The notes under the pieces were generated by a model that saw only the letters and a list, made by a program, of their open reading frames with translations, did not search any database and was not told the DNA's origin. Positions 58,795 to 64,000 of a stretch of DNA of 64,000 bases are shown one piece after another. The translations under genes and the position numbers were made by a program. Origin of the DNA: Candidatus Bathyarchaeota archaeon (lineage in GTDB: Archaea > Thermoproteota > Bathyarchaeia > Bathyarchaeales > Bathycorpusculaceae). Within the stretch, counting starts at the first letter, position 1. Every line of letters begins with the position of its first letter. The stretch is taken from positions 93,321 through 157,320 of the forward strand of contig JAOZHT010000004.1 in the NCBI GenBank assembly GCA_026014735.1, given 5' to 3'.

Positions 58795-58920
58795 CTATTT
58801 TTTCTTTCCTTTTGCCGGAAGCTGAGATAGCTGTTCTTTTTTGGCTGCTTCTTTGGCTCGTTTAGCCTGTTTTTCTTGTTCTTTGCGAGTGTTTACGTTC
58901 TTCTTTTTCATGTTAACCAT
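58795..58920 (-). CDS. 41-aa Lys-rich basic peptide, copy 2 (not in ORF track)
   Basis: MVNMKKKNVNTRKEQEKQAKRAKEAAKKEQLSQLPAKGKKK; 31/41 identical to copy 1 by hand alignment. Confidence 0.75.
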   Translation of the reverse strand: MVNMKKKNVNTRKEQEKQAKRAKEAAKKEQLSQLPAKGKKK

Positions 58921-59091
58921 ATGATGCCACCCAGATAGGCTATGTGATGTTTCCTACACTAAAAGGTTACCCCTTCCGCGACCAAAAAAAAGAACACATG
59001 CAGGCGCCTAAATGCCGCTTTTTTCACAATCGAGCCTCAAACAAGCATTTTTTATAAAGAAAAAGAAAAAAGAGAATGATTGGCGATTCGT

Positions 59092-59931
59092 CTACGGCAC
59101 TGATGCAGGGGAATGCGTTAGCTTTGGAATCTTAGATTGTTTCCGTATCAAGACCGCGCCCGCTATGACCGCAATGGAGGACAGCAGCAAGAATGCAAAG
59201 AGGTTAAGGCTCTCTGGAACCGGACCCGTATAGGCATCGCCGGTGTAGGGTATAGCGCCCCATTCATCGGGGATACTAACTGATCCAGGTGGCCAGGCTT
59301 GTAGAGCAGCGCCTCCTGAGTGAGCATCATAGATGGCGACTCTCAAAGCGAACTGCGGCGGCAGACCCAGAGTTTGCTTTATCAAAGTTAGTTCAAGAAT
59401 GTAGTGTGCGGTAGTTGAAGTCGGGGAGGTACTTAGCGTTTCAGCCCAGCTAGCAATGGATGAGGCGGGTGCAGCCATCACAGCCCAACCTGTCCCTGTT
59501 CCTTTATACCAGGTTGCGGTAGCGGTAGCGCCATGACCCATGATGTCTAGTCTAATATCGTCAGCCTGTGGTGCTGCGCCGCCGTTGGGAGCTGTGGCGT
59601 CGGTTGCGCTGTTGCCGTCGAAGCATAAAGACCAATAGTCGCCTGCGTCGTTGGTGGTGTCGATGCTTTCAACCATTATGTTTTCGCTGACAGTTATAGG
59701 GTCAGATGAGACCATGACGTATTTGTCTTTAAAGTTTGCTTGAGTGCCCAACCAGAAAGTTGGTTCCCCATCAGTCCATTCGCTATCGGGACTCCATCGC
59801 CCATCAACCGTTATGGCAGCGCCTGAGTGGCATGTATGCGAGTAACCAGCCATAGTAGCTGTAGCTATTCCTGAAAGAATTAACGAACTTAACGCCAATA
59901 TAGAAAAAATTATAACTACACGTTTTAGCAA
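59092..59931 (-). CDS. Secreted DOMON-like surface protein with VPE-TM-basic C-terminus
   Basis: Signal peptide; ITVDGRW...EW; tail GPVPES, TM helix, RKQSK. Confidence 0.75.
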   Translation of the reverse strand: MLKRVVIIFSILALSSLILSGIATATMAGYSHTCHSGAAITVDGRWSPDSEWTDGEPTFWLGTQANFKDKYVMVSSDPITVSENIMVESIDTTNDAGDYWSLCFDGNSATDATAPNGGAAPQADDIRLDIMGHGATATATWYKGTGTGWAVMAAPASSIASWAETLSTSPTSTTAHYILELTLIKQTLGLPPQFALRVAIYDAHSGGAALQAWPPGSVSIPDEWGAIPYTGDAYTGPVPESLNLFAFLLLSSIAVIAGAVLIRKQSKIPKLTHSPASVP

Positions 59932-60151
59932 TGTATTCTTTTCTCCTACATTTTTTTAATAGTCCTATTCAATGGAATGCGCTTAAAAGTTTTTCCTTTA
60001 ACCAAGCCAGAAGTAACTTTTTGCAACCGAATTAGCTCTTTAAAATATCTTTTTGATGCAATATAAACACGAAAAACACTGGATAGAGAAAAACAGTCTT
60101 ACGAAGAAAAAGCTACCATACAAAAAGTAGAAGCAGACTCTTCGCCGCCGG

Positions 60152-61279
60152 TTAGTTTACGCCGTTCTTGCTATTATGCAGTTCCGATAGCCGAAGCAGC
60201 GTCTCCTTGTATACGGCGATGGCGTCAAGGTACTCTTGGATCTCGATGTGCTCATCGACGGTGTGGTCCAGATGCGAGTCGCCGGGTCCATAGGTTACGA
60301 TGGGCAAGTTCATGGCTTTGCCGAGGATGTTCATGTCGCCTGTGCCAGTCTTATGCAGCAGCGTAGCTGGTTTTCCCAGGACTTTACGCACGGAGGAAGC
60401 CATAACGTGCACAAGCGGAGAGGATTTGTTGACTTCAAAGGGCTCCACGGTGTCGAGGATTTCATGTTTAACAACAATTTCTGGGTTAGCAGCCTGGTAC
60501 TTGGCGATGATTTTGGAGAGTTGCTCGGCGACTTTGGCGGTGCTGAACTGGATGGGTATACGGATGTCAAGGTTCATTTCGGCTTCAAAGGGGATAACGG
60601 AGGTGGCTTCGCCGCCGACGAGGCGTACCAGACAGGCGGTTACGGCGTTGTAGGGGCTGACAGAGGGGTCAAGAGAAGGGTAAGAGGAGTGCGTTCGGAT
60701 GCGCTCCCAGAGTTCATAGGCTTTCTCTAAGGCGTTATCGTAGACCCATGGGGTAGATGCATGTCCAGTTTCGGTTTTAACGGTGACTTTAAGCTGGATT
60801 TGTCCCTTGTAGCCCACGGTGATGTTTTCGACGCCGCTTGGCTCGCCGAAGATGGCGTAGTCCGCTTTGATGCCCTGCGTAATGAGGTGACGAACGCCTT
60901 TGCTGGTGGCTTCCTCCTCCACGACGCTGGCGACAAGGATTTTGCCTTTGAAATGAGGCTCTTTGCTTGCCTGCAACGCAGCAATAACCATAGCTGCCAG
61001 GGGCCCTTTAGCGTCCACTGCGCCTCGAGCGTAAATTTTGCCCTCTTCAACACGCAGCGGCAAGATGCCTGCAACAGTGTCCATGTGTCCACAGAGCAAG
61101 ATGACGGGTTCGCCTTCGCCGACAACGCCTATGACGTTGCCTATGGCGTCGACGCCTACTTGAAAACCTAACTTCTTCATGCGTTGAGCTATAAAGTCAG
61201 CTATGTCCTGCTCGTGTCCGCTGGGGCTGTAAATGCCCAGCAGGTTAGTTAGAAACTGTACTGCTGTTTGCTCGCTCAT
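60152..61279 (-). CDS. lysK: [LysW]-lysine/ornithine hydrolase (M20)
   Basis: GHMDTV, RGAVDAKG, VEEE, GEPSG, YGPGDSHLDHT. Confidence 0.9.
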   Translation of the reverse strand: MSEQTAVQFLTNLLGIYSPSGHEQDIADFIAQRMKKLGFQVGVDAIGNVIGVVGEGEPVILLCGHMDTVAGILPLRVEEGKIYARGAVDAKGPLAAMVIAALQASKEPHFKGKILVASVVEEEATSKGVRHLITQGIKADYAIFGEPSGVENITVGYKGQIQLKVTVKTETGHASTPWVYDNALEKAYELWERIRTHSSYPSLDPSVSPYNAVTACLVRLVGGEATSVIPFEAEMNLDIRIPIQFSTAKVAEQLSKIIAKYQAANPEIVVKHEILDTVEPFEVNKSSPLVHVMASSVRKVLGKPATLLHKTGTGDMNILGKAMNLPIVTYGPGDSHLDHTVDEHIEIQEYLDAIAVYKETLLRLSELHNSKNGVN

Positions 61280-62459
61280 TTTCTTCTTCCTCCAACACGG
61301 CGTCTAACACGGTGATGGCTCGGTCAATCTGGGGTTTAGTTATGATCAGCGGCGGCAAGATACGCACGACGGTTTTTCCTGCGTCGATAACCAGTACGCC
61401 GCGGTCAAGGGCTTTTTTGATGACGCCGTAAACGTCATAGCGCAGCTCCACACCCAACATCAGGCCTAACCCGCGGACCTCTTTGATTATGCGGTGCTTC
61501 TGAGCTAAGCCTTCCAGCTGCGTCTTGAAGTATTTGCCGTTAACCGCTGCTTTCTCAGCCAGTTTCTCCTCCAGCAAAGCATCTATGGCGGCGCATCCGG
61601 CAGCGCAAACCAGGGGTCCGCCGCTGAAGGTGGTGGAGTGCTCGCCGACTTTGAAGGCGGACATGAGGTTTTCTTTGGCGACGGTTACGCCGATGGGTAA
61701 GCCGCCTGCGAAGGGCTTAGCAAGGCACATGACATCGGGGGTTACATCCCAGTTTTCGCAGCCGAAGAGCTTGCCGGTTCGCCCAAAGCTCGACTGGACC
61801 TCGTCGAGGATTAAGAGGACGCCTCGGCGGTTGCAGATTTCCCGAACTTCCTGGAGGTAGCCGTCGGGTGGCACGCGGATGCCGCCTTCGCCTCGGACGG
61901 GTTCAAGGATAATCGCCGCGGTTTTCTCACTTATGGCTTCCCCGATTTTAGCGGAGTTGTCGGGTGCGACGTGTTTGACGTCGGGGATAAGGGGCATGAA
62001 GGGTTCACGGTACTTTTTATCCCACGTGGCGGAGAGGGCCCCCATGGTTTTGCCGTGGTAGGCGCCCATGACGGCGATGATTTCGGTTTTGCCGGTGGCT
62101 TTGCGGGCAAGTTTTAGGGCGCACTCTATGCTTTCGGCGCCGCTGTTGGAGAGAAACGCCTTATCAAGGCCCTTAGGCGTGATTTTAACGAGTTTCTCGA
62201 TGAACTCTGCACGTTTGTCGTTGTAGTAGCAACTGTGGCAGGTGATGAGTTGTTGGGCCTGCTCTTTTATGGCTTCCACGATTTTGGGGTGACCATGCCC
62301 AAGCGCCGCTACGCCGTAGCTGCTGGCGCAGTCCAGGTACTCTTTGCCGTTGATGTCCCAGAGCAGCGCGCCTTTGCCGCGGGTGAGCACAACGGGTTTT
62401 TTAGAGAACACGTTGGCTAAGTAGCGGTTTTCAGTTTCCATGATTTCGGTTTCATTCAC
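61245..62459 (-). CDS. lysJ: [LysW]-semialdehyde/acetylornithine aminotransferase (class III)
   Basis: NSGAES, YHGKTMGALS, DEVQS, AKPFAGG; operon context. Confidence 0.88.
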   Translation of the reverse strand: MNETEIMETENRYLANVFSKKPVVLTRGKGALLWDINGKEYLDCASSYGVAALGHGHPKIVEAIKEQAQQLITCHSCYYNDKRAEFIEKLVKITPKGLDKAFLSNSGAESIECALKLARKATGKTEIIAVMGAYHGKTMGALSATWDKKYREPFMPLIPDVKHVAPDNSAKIGEAISEKTAAIILEPVRGEGGIRVPPDGYLQEVREICNRRGVLLILDEVQSSFGRTGKLFGCENWDVTPDVMCLAKPFAGGLPIGVTVAKENLMSAFKVGEHSTTFSGGPLVCAAGCAAIDALLEEKLAEKAAVNGKYFKTQLEGLAQKHRIIKEVRGLGLMLGVELRYDVYGVIKKALDRGVLVIDAGKTVVRILPPLIITKPQIDRAITVLDAVLEEEENERANSSTVSN

Positions 62460-63261
62460 TTGTTATCACTGTACCGACCTGATGATTAAGAGCCGATGTT
62501 ATGGGCTGCTTGGCGGTGCCTGAGGTTACAAGGACTTCCTGCACGCCCTGACTGAGCGCCTCAAGTCCCGCGTGGACTTTGGTGCTCATGCCGCCGCCGA
62601 TTTTGCTAAGGACCTCTTTAACTTCGGTGGCAGCGATTTTTGGGACCCGCTCGCCTTTAAGCATTAGGCCCTCCACGTCGGTGAGCAGGATGAGTTTGTC
62701 GGCTTTGAGCGCTCCCGCGATGATGGCTGCGGTGCGGTCGCCGTCCACGTTAAGGGGCTCGCAGTCCTGGCTAAGCGCGATGGGCGTGACGATGGGCACA
62801 TAACCCTTCTCCAGGAGGAGTTTAAGCAGCTCTGTGTTGACTGATGTGATTTTGCCGGTGTAGCCGCCGTCGATGACTTTTTTGCGTCCCCGCTCATCCA
62901 CCACGATAAGCCGCGTCTTGCGTTCCGCCTTAAGGATCGCGGCGTCTAAGCCGCTAAGACCCACCGTTGCTATGCCCTGTGCCTGCAGCGCCAACACGAT
63001 TTGCTTATTCATTTTGCCCGCCATAACCATAGTGTAGATTTCTATGGTTTCCTTATCGGTGTAGCGGCTGCGGAAACCCTCGGGGGACATGATGAATTTC
63101 TGTTCCTTACCCAGTTTGCTGGCGATTTCAGTGACTTCTGCGCCGCCGCCATGCACCAAAACCACCCTGTGCTCTCTGGTGACTTCTTTGAGGTCCGCTA
63201 CGAGGTCGGCGGCTGTGCCCTCCTTAAGGATTGACCCACCCATCTTGACTACGAGCAGCAT
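62452..63261 (-). CDS. lysZ: [LysW]-aminoadipate/glutamate kinase
   Basis: VKMGGS, VHGGG, SPEGFRSRYTD, NVDGDRTA. Confidence 0.9.
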   Translation of the reverse strand: MLLVVKMGGSILKEGTAADLVADLKEVTREHRVVLVHGGGAEVTEIASKLGKEQKFIMSPEGFRSRYTDKETIEIYTMVMAGKMNKQIVLALQAQGIATVGLSGLDAAILKAERKTRLIVVDERGRKKVIDGGYTGKITSVNTELLKLLLEKGYVPIVTPIALSQDCEPLNVDGDRTAAIIAGALKADKLILLTDVEGLMLKGERVPKIAATEVKEVLSKIGGGMSTKVHAGLEALSQGVQEVLVTSGTAKQPITSALNHQVGTVITSE

Positions 63262-63273
63262 AGCAGCAGTCTC

Positions 63274-64000
63274 CTAAATGGGGTGGAACCCAGTGCTCTT
63301 CAGCCCCGAGGTCTCATCTATACCCATCATTATGTTGAGGCATTGTACACCCTGACCCGCCGCGCCCTTCACCATATTATCCACTGCACTGAAGAGTATG
63401 AGGCGGTTAGCGTGCTCATCGATTTCGAAGCCTACATCACAGAAGTTGGTGCCTGTGGTGACTTTGGGGTCAGGCAACTGGTAGGGTCCCTTCTGGTACT
63501 TCACCAACCGCACAAACGGCTCAGAGCCGTACATGCCGCGCAGGGCTTTCCAGAGGTCCTTGTTTTGGATGGGCTGCTTGGGGAAAGTGTGGATGGTCGC
63601 AAGGATGCCGCGGATCATGTTGACGGCATGCGGCGTGAAGCTGATTTTTACGGGTCCGCCCAGCGGCGCAAGTTCCTGTTCAACTTCGGCTATGTGGCGG
63701 TGACCCACAACCTTGTAGGGACGCACACCTCCAGCGCGTTCGGGATGGTGACCGGCAAGGGAAGGCTTGCTACCGCCACCTGAAGACCCGACTTTAAGGT
63801 CAACAACTACGTGGTCTGTGTCGATTAAGCCAGCTTTCACAACTGGGGCTAAGCCAAGGATGGCGGCGGTGGCTTCGCAGCCCGCGCAGGCCACGAGCTT
63901 TGCGGTTTTGATTTCTTCACGGTGCAGCTCAGGCAAGCCGTAGGCGGCTGTTTTTAGCATTTCGGGGTGCGCATGCTCCCAGCCGTAGTAGGTGGGGTAA
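63274..64000 (-). CDS. lysY: [LysW]-aminoadipyl/glutamyl-phosphate reductase (5' end outside window)
   Basis: YGLPELHR, AGC, GSSGGG, HRHIAE, DNMVKGAAG; frame open to the window edge. Confidence 0.9.
   Translation of the reverse strand, partial: YPTYYGWEHAHPEMLKTAAYGLPELHREEIKTAKLVACAGCEATAAILGLAPVVKAGLIDTDHVVVDLKVGSSGGGSKPSLAGHHPERAGGVRPYKVVGHRHIAEVEQELAPLGGPVKISFTPHAVNMIRGILATIHTFPKQPIQNKDLWKALRGMYGSEPFVRLVKYQKGPYQLPDPKVTTGTNFCDVGFEIDEHANRLILFSAVDNMVKGAAGQGVQCLNIMMGIDETSGLKSTGFHPI

Noticed and set aside
1..64000. Stop-codon readthrough (Sec/Pyl), inteins, tRNA/rRNA genes, transposases
   Set aside because: Core genes are normal length, with no in-frame stop joining two halves and no intein, T-loop or DDE signatures seen by eye. 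tRNAscan-SE/Infernal would be needed to exclude RNAs formally.

Overview
Archaeal chromosomal window. Bathyarchaeia is my inference from the style of the proteins and the TATA/Shine-Dalgarno signals, not from a search. About half of it is amino-acid biosynthesis: aroC-chorismate mutase-aminotransferase-tyrA, ilvB-ilvN-leuC-leuD-leuB-leuA-pheA, argG-argH-carA-carB, thrC-hom-lysC and the LysW-type lysY-lysZ-lysJ-lysK run. Accessory genes are interleaved: two toxin-antitoxin modules (HTH-MNT/HEPN and VapBC), each with a perfect palindrome at its start; membrane-anchored surface proteins (PQQ-like propeller, two NosD-type beta-helices, a VPE-tailed protein, an orphan anchor remnant); an 11-kb glycosylation locus (GT2, GT4, three AglB/STT3-like GT-C paralogs of which one is frameshifted, plus an oppositely oriented deacetylase and radical SAM/SPASM pair); an RNase J-like beta-CASP enzyme; a 1454-aa Cas4-like nuclease/SF1 helicase fusion; and several microproteins missed by the ORF track. 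The best leads are (1) a structured ~175-nt ilvB leader with a uORF, mutually exclusive helices and a U-tract, (2) the triple GT-C locus lacking the WWD motif, and (3) two 41-aa Lys-rich paralogous peptides bracketing a Rieske gene. I found no rRNA, tRNA, CRISPR array, integrase or transposase by eye.
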